Origin: Actinomycetes bacterium
GTDB taxonomy: Bacteria; Actinomycetota; Actinomycetes; Nanopelagicales; Nanopelagicaceae
Assembly (NCBI GenBank): GCA_025355665.1
Contig: JANXZF010000070.1
Location: 1,069-65,068, forward strand
Direction: 5' to 3'
DNA: 64,000 nt
Positions 29,302-36,713 of the stretch are shown in pieces. The notes under the pieces are model-generated. The model was not told where the DNA came from, made no database searches, and saw only the letters and a program-made list of their open reading frames with translations. Each line of letters starts with the position of its first letter. Position 1 is the first letter of the stretch. The position numbers and the translations under genes were made by a program.

Positions 29302-29623
29302 AAAAATCAATGCAGCCCAGGACTCCGATGCTCCTGTCATTAAGCGTGCCCAAGTGAGCCAGGTGGGCCCGCATGAAGTCTTGTCCGATGGTGCAACACC
29401 AGTGGAGTTCACATTCCGAGGCAGGCGTTTTCGCATTCATAGTGTTCTTTCCAGATGGTGCGAGGCAGGCGGATGGTGGAATCGCATCAGCGATGGCATC
29501 TATCGTCCCGATGATGGGGCGCGTGCACTGTGGAGAGTTGAGGCAGCTCCTATCGGAGCCCTCACCACTTTTGAGATCGAACGCGATGAGATCACTGGCA
29601 CCTGGCGCATCACCGTCCTATGA
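29294..29623 (+). CDS. Small conserved-looking protein preceding dnaE2 (WW-motif; possibly the family I recall as DUF6504)
   Basis: Translationally coupled to dnaE2 (ATGA at 29620-29623). Sequence: PVEFTFRGRRFRIHSVLSRWCEAGGWWNR...ALWRVEAAP...FEIERDEITGTWRI. The start is uncertain. ATG 29294 lies in the centre of the SOS box. GTG 29354 and GTG 29363 are alternatives. Track start 29222 overlaps arsC. Confidence 0.5.
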   Translation: MFEKINAAQDSDAPVIKRAQVSQVGPHEVLSDGATPVEFTFRGRRFRIHSVLSRWCEAGGWWNRISDGIYRPDDGARALWRVEAAPIGALTTFEIERDEITGTWRITVL

Positions 29624-32600
29624 GCACATTTGTCCATCTGCGCGCTTGTAGTGCCTACTCACTTAAATACGGCACCACCCAGCCACACGACTTGGTTGCC
29701 CGTGCAAGCGAGTTCGAAATGCCGGCTCTGGCACTTACTGACCGCGACGGATTAGCCGGAGCGATTCGTTTTGCTCAAAGTTGTGTGGACTACGGGGTTG
29801 CTCCAATTATCGGAATGGATCTTGCAATTGAGACTCCACGGATACTGCCTCGTGCAAGAAATCTTTCTCGTCTCACACTCTTGGCCCATGGCGATGGTGG
29901 ATGGCGCTCGCTCGTCCGATTGCTGACTTCGTTGAACACATATGAGACACCTGATGCCTCGTCAAGGCACGTACCAATTCTCACTGTGGATTTTCTCCAG
30001 CAATTTAGCGAGTACAGCAGAAATCTTTTGGTATTGCATGGTCCTGAATCACCGATTGGCGCAGCAATTGCGCTGCATCGAAGCGATCTTGCTTTCGAGT
30101 GTTTCGAGCAGACGCGCGAACTTTTCGCCGACCATGCCATCGAATGTGTATCGCACCTGGTTGCGGGGGCAGGCCCGCGGTCTACCGCCCATGCTGCCCG
30201 ATCATTGATTTTTGCTCGAGATCACAAAATTGCCGCTGTGATCACCAACGCGGTTCGTATGCGCGACCGCGAAGACGGCCCCATTGCCGACATCTTGGAT
30301 TCTGCACGCCAGTTGGTGCCTCTGCATGCTCGCCACGTCGAGCGAAAAAACGCTGAAGCTTTCCTCAAATCGAGTCAGGAGATGGTGGCTCTTGCCGAAG
30401 AAATTTCTCGGGCCGCAGGAGAGCGCACTGCCCGCGAACTCCTTGGCACAACGCGCGAATGGGCAGAGCGCGCAGTTCTGTCTCCAACTGGCGATATCGG
30501 ATTGGGAGGAATTCATCTACCTGAGCCACATGTTGTGGGCGCCGATTCTTCTTTGCAAATGCAATCCTTATTACGCGCTCGCTCGGAGGCTGGTTTGCAT
30601 TGGCGATACAGCGACGGGGCAACAATCGCACAGGCCCGCAGACGTTTAGATGACGAACTCACAACAGTTGCGACCTTGGGTTACGAATCTTATTTTCTTA
30701 CCGTTGCAGACATCACCGATATGGCCCGCGAACAAGGTATTCGCGTTGCAGCACGAGGCAGTGGTGCTGGTTCTCTTATCTGTCACCTTCTCGGGATCTC
30801 TGGAGTCGACCCATTACGACATGGGCTCTTGATGGAACGCTTCTGTTCTCCTCTTCGCCGTGCTCTTCCTGATATCGATATTGATGTCGAATCTGCCCGT
30901 CGATTGGAAATTTATGATTTAGTTTTTAAGCGTTACGGCGATCCCAATTGGAGTAGGCCTGGCAATACTTCTCGTTGCGCAACCGTTGCAATGGTCGATA
31001 CATATCGCGCACGACATGCAATTAGGGATACTGGTGCAGCACTCGGACTTTCCTTGATTGAAATTGATCTCATAGCAAAGTCTTTGCCGCATATTCGGGC
31101 TCGCAATATTTCGCAGGCATTGGCGAGCCTTCCTGAATTACGTGGAATCAACCTCAACAACCCATTGACGGCAATGACTATCTCATTAGCAGAGCGGCTT
31201 GATGGCCTTCCACGCCATTTGGCCATGCATCCATGTGCGGTTGTTTTATCCGATGGAGCATTTCTTGATCGTGCCCCTTTGCAGATTAATGCAGGGGGAT
31301 ATCCGATGGTGGAGTTCGATAAAGATGATGTCGAAGCGGTGGGTCTGCTCAAACTCGATATTCTCGGTGTGCGCATGCAGTCCACTATCGCTTATGCAAT
31401 TTCTGAGATTGAGCGAACTGAGCAACCAATCGACATTGACGCCATTCCATTGGATGACCAGCTAACCTTTGACCTCATAGCCTCGACTCGCACTCTTGGG
31501 ATTTTTCAAGTTGAAAGCCCGGGTCAACGCGAACTCGTCGGAAAACTTGCGCCGCAAACTTTCACTGACTTAATTATTGATATCTCTCTTTTCAGGCCAG
31601 GGCCAGTAAAGAGCGACATGATTTCACCGTTTCTGCGTGCACGACATGGGTGGAGTCCTGCTCAGATTATTCATTCAGATCTTTATGACGTCTTGCACGA
31701 AACCGAAGGCGTTGTCGTTTTTCACGAACAGGTGATTGAGATTATTTCGATTCTTACTGGTATTTCACTTGCGCAAGCAGATGAAAAAAGACGGGCACTA
31801 GGGGATAGGCAAGGCCAACAAGAAGTCTGTGATTGGTTTTATCCCGCAGCGCTGGCCCGCGGATATGAGATCCATACAGTCAATGCCGTATGGGATATTT
31901 TGCGCGCCTTTGCCTCATTTGGCTTCTGTAAAGCGCACGCAGCAGCGTTTGCCCTTCCTACATATCAATCGGCCTGGCTCAAGGCCCATCACCCTGCTGC
32001 GTTTATAGCCGGGGTTCTGACGCATGACCCTGGCATGTATCCCAAACGATTGATCCTTGATGATGCGCGCCAATTGGGTGTTGTGATCGCCCCGATAGAT
32101 GTTAACCGCTCATCTACTACCTATCGCGTCGAGCGGGTTGATCCGAAAACGGCACGAGTGCCGGCAGTGGCTTTCGACGGTAAGAGCACCGGGCGCACTC
32201 TCGCTCTGCCTGATGCGCGGGGATATGCGATACGCATGTCCTTTGCGGATCTGTCAGGCATTAGCGCAGAAGAATTAGAGTCGATAGTGATTGGTCAGCC
32301 TTATTTGGATTTGTCTGACTTTCATGCCCGATCGGGTGCGTCTTTCCCGACGAGCGAAAAATTGATCTTGGTCGGGGCTTTTGATGAGATACACGAAATT
32401 GGTCGAGGGGAGATCAACCGTAGAGATCTACTTTTGCATCTAAGTGACCTTCACCGCTCTCCAACTCGCTCGCTCGGAGGGTCACAACTCAATTTCGGTT
32501 TCATACCGCCAGCACTTATTTCAAGCGGCCTTCCGGATTTGGATGCAAGCGAGAAAATGCGTCATGAGATTAATCATTTAGGGATGGATGTATCTCGTCA

Positions 32601-32973
32601 CCTTCTCGAGTTTTATGCAGACTTTCTTAATGAGATCGGTGCCGTGCGATCCACGGATCTCCTTGCGCAAAGATCGGGCTCCTCGGTGTTAGTTGCTGGA
32701 GTCAAAGTAGCTCGGCAGAGTCCTCCAGTGCGTTCGGGCAAGCGTGTTATTTTTCTTACCATCGACGACGGATACGGCTGTAATGATGCGACTTTTTTTG
32801 ACGATGCCCAGCGCAATTACGCCGACGTCCTCTTCAGTTCTTGGCTATTTTTGGTGCGCGGAGAAGTTCGTCGAACCGGCCCACGTGGAGTCTCGCTGCG
32901 TGCAACTGGAGCTTGGGACCTTCGCGCTGCTTACGAAAAACATATGCAGAGTAGAAGTACGCTCGTGATATGA
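29620..32973 (+). CDS. dnaE2: Error-prone DNA polymerase III alpha-like subunit DnaE2 (ImuC)
   Basis: 1117 aa. The PHP N-terminus is degenerate (HLRACSAYSLKYG versus HLHVHTEYSMLDG in the second dnaE at 57238). The Pol III alpha core is conserved (DIDIDVES, LKLDILGVRMQS, FQVESPGQ, FGFCKAHAAAFA). SOS box upstream. Confidence 0.85.
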   Translation: MSTFVHLRACSAYSLKYGTTQPHDLVARASEFEMPALALTDRDGLAGAIRFAQSCVDYGVAPIIGMDLAIETPRILPRARNLSRLTLLAHGDGGWRSLVRLLTSLNTYETPDASSRHVPILTVDFLQQFSEYSRNLLVLHGPESPIGAAIALHRSDLAFECFEQTRELFADHAIECVSHLVAGAGPRSTAHAARSLIFARDHKIAAVITNAVRMRDREDGPIADILDSARQLVPLHARHVERKNAEAFLKSSQEMVALAEEISRAAGERTARELLGTTREWAERAVLSPTGDIGLGGIHLPEPHVVGADSSLQMQSLLRARSEAGLHWRYSDGATIAQARRRLDDELTTVATLGYESYFLTVADITDMAREQGIRVAARGSGAGSLICHLLGISGVDPLRHGLLMERFCSPLRRALPDIDIDVESARRLEIYDLVFKRYGDPNWSRPGNTSRCATVAMVDTYRARHAIRDTGAALGLSLIEIDLIAKSLPHIRARNISQALASLPELRGINLNNPLTAMTISLAERLDGLPRHLAMHPCAVVLSDGAFLDRAPLQINAGGYPMVEFDKDDVEAVGLLKLDILGVRMQSTIAYAISEIERTEQPIDIDAIPLDDQLTFDLIASTRTLGIFQVESPGQRELVGKLAPQTFTDLIIDISLFRPGPVKSDMISPFLRARHGWSPAQIIHSDLYDVLHETEGVVVFHEQVIEIISILTGISLAQADEKRRALGDRQGQQEVCDWFYPAALARGYEIHTVNAVWDILRAFASFGFCKAHAAAFALPTYQSAWLKAHHPAAFIAGVLTHDPGMYPKRLILDDARQLGVVIAPIDVNRSSTTYRVERVDPKTARVPAVAFDGKSTGRTLALPDARGYAIRMSFADLSGISAEELESIVIGQPYLDLSDFHARSGASFPTSEKLILVGAFDEIHEIGRGEINRRDLLLHLSDLHRSPTRSLGGSQLNFGFIPPALISSGLPDLDASEKMRHEINHLGMDVSRHLLEFYADFLNEIGAVRSTDLLAQRSGSSVLVAGVKVARQSPPVRSGKRVIFLTIDDGYGCNDATFFDDAQRNYADVLFSSWLFLVRGEVRRTGPRGVSLRATGAWDLRAAYEKHMQSRSTLVI

Positions 32974-34139
32974 GCACCGCAACCATTCTCCACGTCGACA
33001 TGGATGCGTTCTATGCCTCGGTCGCCGAACGCGATGATCCTTCGCTCAAAGGAAAGGCCGTAGTTGTCGGGGCTGGCGTTCGTGGTGTTGTGCTATCTGC
33101 AAATTACCTAGCGCGTACATTCGGAATTCACGCCGCAATGCCCGTAGGCCGAGCACAGCGATTGGCACCGAATGCAATTTTCATTACGCCAGATCACGGT
33201 CGCTATAGCGAAGTGTCCGAACACATCATGGAGATCTTTCATTCGTATACGCCACACGTCGAACCGCTCTCACTTGACGAGGCATTTCTAGACGTAAGCG
33301 GGTCGAGGCGATTACTCGGAACGGGACGCCAAATCGCAACCGCAATTCGCGCAAAGGTAGAAGCGCAAGAAGGCATCACGTGCTCGGTGGGAATTGCGCC
33401 ATCGAAATTTATTGCCAAACTTGCATCCAGCCGTTGCAAACCAAATGGCATGCTCGAAATCCCCGCAGACCGCATTCTCAATTTCCTTCACCCGTTGCCA
33501 GTCTCGGCAATTTGGGGGGTCGGGCCAAAAACAACTGAGGCCCTTGAGCGGCTTGGCCTGCGCACTGTTTCCGAAGTTGCGAACACGCCTCGCGCAACAT
33601 TGATCCGTGCACTGGGGGAGGCCAGCGGTTCATCTCTTTACGAATTGGCATGGGGACGCGATTATCGAGATGTTATTTCGGATGAACCAGACAAGAGCAT
33701 AAGTGCGGCCGAAACCTTTGCACGTGACATCGATGATCAAGAAACTATTTTGCAGGAGTACTTGCGCCTGTGTGAAAAAGCTACTCATCGCTTGCGAGAA
33801 AGAAGGTTATTTGCAAAAACTATCTCTATAAAAGTTCGCTACGCAGATTTCACGACCATCAATCGTTCAAAGACATTGCCACTTGCAATCGACAGCACTC
33901 ACGAGATTTACGAAGTTGTAAAAAAACTTTTCTTAGGTCTCCACCTCGACCGCGCGAGACTTCGACTAGTCGGAGTCGGGCTGGAAAATCTCGAGTCCCA
34001 AGCCCCCGAGCAACTGATTCTGGGTTCGCGGGAACGTGGCTGGAGAGAGGCGGAGGGAGCCATCGATCGTGCCCAGGCTCGTTTTGGTGCCGGAAGCGTT
34101 CGACCTGCGCGTTTGCTGCGAGAAAAGAAGAAGAAATAG
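32970..34139 (+). CDS. dinB: Y-family DNA polymerase IV with intact catalytic residues
   Basis: ILHVDMDAFYASVAERDDP, SLDEAFLDVSG (catalytic D/D/E present), SVGIAPSKFIAKLAS and IWGVGPKT. ATGA overlap with the dnaE2 stop. Confidence 0.85.
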   Translation: MSTATILHVDMDAFYASVAERDDPSLKGKAVVVGAGVRGVVLSANYLARTFGIHAAMPVGRAQRLAPNAIFITPDHGRYSEVSEHIMEIFHSYTPHVEPLSLDEAFLDVSGSRRLLGTGRQIATAIRAKVEAQEGITCSVGIAPSKFIAKLASSRCKPNGMLEIPADRILNFLHPLPVSAIWGVGPKTTEALERLGLRTVSEVANTPRATLIRALGEASGSSLYELAWGRDYRDVISDEPDKSISAAETFARDIDDQETILQEYLRLCEKATHRLRERRLFAKTISIKVRYADFTTINRSKTLPLAIDSTHEIYEVVKKLFLGLHLDRARLRLVGVGLENLESQAPEQLILGSRERGWREAEGAIDRAQARFGAGSVRPARLLREKKKK

Positions 34140-34220
34140 GCCTTTGCGAATTTGAGTGTGCAAGTAGCGAGTAGATGTTCTATTGTGGGCATGTTGGATG
34201 AGCTCGCAAAGGAGTGCAAA

Positions 34221-34577
34221 GTGCCGCTTTCAGATCACGAACGCAAACTCCTTGCCCAGATGGAGGAAGCCCTCTCGGCTGACGATCCTCATCTAGTGTC
34301 CACGCTCACTGGAACTCGTCTCTACCCAGGGCGAAATCGGATTCTGCTCGGCGTTGCTTTGACCTTGGTCGGCCTTGCCACCATTTTTGCCGGTTTGATC
34401 TCAAAGACGACCCCCGTAGGAATATTGGGATTCTTGATTTCTCTAGGTGGAGTCACCCTTGCTATCTCTGCCCTTTCAGGCGTTAAGGGTCTGCGGGCCC
34501 CCTCAAAGCGCTCACGCAAAGGCAAGCTCAATTCTCGCCTGGAAGATAGGTGGGAAAGACGCAATTTTGATCAGTAG
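34221..34577 (+). CDS. DUF3040-family small membrane protein
   Basis: GTG 34221 follows AAAGGAG. N-terminus (V)PLSDHERKLLAQMEEALSADDP is the DUF3040 signature, followed by two TM helices. This is the usual neighbour upstream of mraZ in actinobacteria. Confidence 0.7.
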   Translation: MPLSDHERKLLAQMEEALSADDPHLVSTLTGTRLYPGRNRILLGVALTLVGLATIFAGLISKTTPVGILGFLISLGGVTLAISALSGVKGLRAPSKRSRKGKLNSRLEDRWERRNFDQ

Positions 34578-34608
34578 TCCGACCAGTAGGTGAACTAAGT
34601 AGTTGCTG

Positions 34609-34630
34609 GCCCCTTTATGGGGCTTTTTTT
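34609..34630 (+). terminator. Rho-independent terminator after the DUF3040 gene
   Basis: GCCCC-TTTAT-GGGGC hairpin (34609-34623), followed directly by T7 (34624-30) and a second T-run. Confidence 0.7.
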
Positions 34631-34650
34631 GTTCTCTTTTTTTCGTCTAG

Positions 34651-34757
34651 GGGGAGCGATCTGGGCGCAAAAGGGAGAAAGTTGGGTTAGGGTGGTTGAA
34701 AAGGGAGAGAAATGGAGTAAAGTGGAGTAGAGAACGCGGACCTGGGGAAGGGGACCA
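34651..34757 (+). promoter_or_regulatory. Array of helically phased (10-bp period) TGG/GGG repeats upstream of mraZ (candidate MraZ operator / Pmra region)
   Basis: A [T/G]GG triplet occurs at 34663, 34673, 34683, 34693, 34703, 34713, 34723 and 34743. The last units are near-identical: GGGAGAGAAA / TGGAGTAAAG / TGGAGTAGAG. MraZ is known elsewhere to bind TGGGN or AAAGTGG direct repeats spaced 10 bp apart. Confidence 0.5.
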
Positions 34758-34758
34758 C

Positions 34759-35190
34759 ATGTTTCTTGGCACCCACGAACCGCGACTGGATGAAAAGGGC
34801 CGCCTCATACTTCCGGCCAAATTTCGAGATGAATTGGCCAGTGGATTGGTCATCACCAAAGGTCAAGAGCGCTGTCTTTATGTATTTCCTGCCGCTGAAT
34901 TTGCCACCATCACCGAGACTTTGAGACAGGCTCCCGTAACCTCCAAAACATCCCGTGACTACATGAGGGTGATGTTTGCCGGTGCCCATGATGAAATTCC
35001 TGACCGCCAAGGTCGCATCACCATCCCCCAAGGCCTTCGCACCTACGCGTCCCTGGAAAAAGAGTGCGTAGTAATAGGTGCAAATACTCGCGTTGAAATT
35101 TGGGACGCGCATTCCTGGAGTGAATACCTGGCAGATCGTGAAAAGGGATTTGCCGACGTTTCAGAGGAGGTATTCCCGGGTCTCTTCTAA
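34759..35190 (+). CDS. mraZ: Transcriptional regulator MraZ
   Basis: The family-typical start [26 protein letters not shown] is at ATG 34759. The track ORF start at 34696 lies in the repeat array. There are two SpoVT/AbrB-like halves (second: [13 protein letters not shown]). 143 aa. Confidence 0.9.
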   Translation: MFLGTHEPRLDEKGRLILPAKFRDELASGLVITKGQERCLYVFPAAEFATITETLRQAPVTSKTSRDYMRVMFAGAHDEIPDRQGRITIPQGLRTYASLEKECVVIGANTRVEIWDAHSWSEYLADREKGFADVSEEVFPGLF

Positions 35191-35362
35191 TGCGCACGAA
35201 ATCGAGTGGATCTCTCTTGTGGCCACCGCCGACCTTATGAATCGGCACCCCTTCCCCGGTGCCGACCAAATAGTTCCGTCGGCCGGCGGTGACCAGAGGA
35301 GAGAACTTCGATTTGGAAATATCAAAAGCTAAGCAGTTTTACTAGAAAGTTAGGGGGAGAAG

Positions 35363-36307
35363 ATGGCAAAACATGTATCAGTGTTGCTGGAAAGATGCAT
35401 CGAATTGCTTACTCCCGCTATCGAACGAAGTAAGAACCCCGTAATCGTTGATGCAACATTGGGATTGGGCGGTCACACAGAAGCTCTCCTGCAGCGGTTT
35501 CCAAATTTAGTCGTTATTGGAATTGATCGAGACAAGGATGCAATCGCTTTTGCATCAAGTCGACTTGCAAACTACGGAGAACGTTTTAAGTCAGTTCATG
35601 CGGTATACGATCAAATGCAACAATGCATTGAAGAATTTGGTTACAGAAAAGTTGATGGAATCCTCTTTGATCTGGGCGTTTCGTCTATGCAATTGGACGA
35701 AGTCGAACGTGGATTTTCATACTCCCATGACGCACCGCTCGACATGCGAATGGATAAGAGTCAGGGCAGGACGGCGGCAGATGTCGTAAATCTTTCGAGC
35801 CGGGATGAATTGATTTCCATCCTCAGACGCTATGGCGAAGAAAGATTTGCACCTCGCATCGTCGATGCAATCCTGCGAAGAAGAACTATTTCTCCTATGA
35901 ATTCGACAGCAGAACTTGCCGCGCTAGTGAAGGAGAATATCCCCGCTGCAACAAGGCGAACCGGCGGAAATCCGGCAAAAAGAACTTTCCAAGCTTTACG
36001 AATCGCCGTTAATGATGAGTTGAATGTCCTGAGTTCGGCCATCCCTGCTTCTTTGGATGCACTTATTATCGGAGGACGGCTGGTTGTTATGTCCTTCCAG
36101 TCTCTTGAAGATCGCATTGTTAAGGCGTTCTTTGCCGAGGCTAGTGAGTCCAAAACCCCCCGTGAACTTCCCGTGGAAATTCCAGAATTGGCTGCCAAGT
36201 TCATGTTGGTTGTTAGAGGCAACGAAACTCCATCGCCCGCAGAGCTTGCCGAGAATCCCAGGTCTGCATCAGTGCGGCTTCGTGCAATAGAAAGAGTGGC
36301 GGCCTAA
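35363..36307 (+). CDS. rsmH: 16S rRNA (cytosine1402-N4)-methyltransferase
   Basis: HVSVLLERCIELL, DATLGLGGHTEALL, DLGVSSMQLD, SFQSLEDRIVK. These are canonical RsmH/MraW motifs. Confidence 0.9.
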   Translation: MAKHVSVLLERCIELLTPAIERSKNPVIVDATLGLGGHTEALLQRFPNLVVIGIDRDKDAIAFASSRLANYGERFKSVHAVYDQMQQCIEEFGYRKVDGILFDLGVSSMQLDEVERGFSYSHDAPLDMRMDKSQGRTAADVVNLSSRDELISILRRYGEERFAPRIVDAILRRRTISPMNSTAELAALVKENIPAATRRTGGNPAKRTFQALRIAVNDELNVLSSAIPASLDALIIGGRLVVMSFQSLEDRIVKAFFAEASESKTPRELPVEIPELAAKFMLVVRGNETPSPAELAENPRSASVRLRAIERVAA

Positions 36308-36711
36308 TGGCAATCCCGGTACTCGCCCCGACAATTACTCGTTCGCGACAACTTGTTGCCGACAAGTCCTCGCGCGCAGTTTTACGTTTGGTTCCGGATC
36401 TCAAAACTGGAGAGAAGGCCGATAGAAAGACATTCGTCATCTTCCTTTCGATAATCGGGGCGATCGGACTTTTGGCGCTACTTACGATCAATACGATGCT
36501 TGCCCAGGATGCTTTTGAATTGCATCGCTTACAGGCACAAGCCACGATGTTGAGCGATCAGCGGGAAGCGGTCATGCGCCAAATCGACTTGGCATCTTCT
36601 CCTGAAGTCTTAGCGACTCGAGCTACGGCAGAGGGGATGATTCCTTCTCAGAGTCCGCGCTTTTTAACCTTGAATTCATCGGCCGTGAACGTGGTAACCC
36701 CCAAAGGGTAA
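36307..36711 (+). CDS. ftsL: FtsL-like cell-division membrane protein
   Basis: Located between rsmH and ftsI. Single TM helix (FVIFLSIIGAIGLLALLTINTML), followed by a short coiled-coil-like segment. The call rests on position and topology only. Confidence 0.6.
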   Translation: MAIPVLAPTITRSRQLVADKSSRAVLRLVPDLKTGEKADRKTFVIFLSIIGAIGLLALLTINTMLAQDAFELHRLQAQATMLSDQREAVMRQIDLASSPEVLATRATAEGMIPSQSPRFLTLNSSAVNVVTPKG

Positions 36712-36713
36712 AC

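Noticed and set aside
29620-32973. Second dnaE copy considered as a duplicated pseudogene
   Set aside because: It is an uninterrupted 1117-codon frame with conserved polymerase-core motifs and the degenerate PHP domain characteristic of DnaE2. It is SOS-box controlled and therefore functional.
34696-34758. N-terminal extension of mraZ ([21 protein letters not shown])
   Set aside because: MraZ proteins start at MFLG. The extension is simply the translated 10-bp GG-repeat array. I treat it as regulatory DNA.
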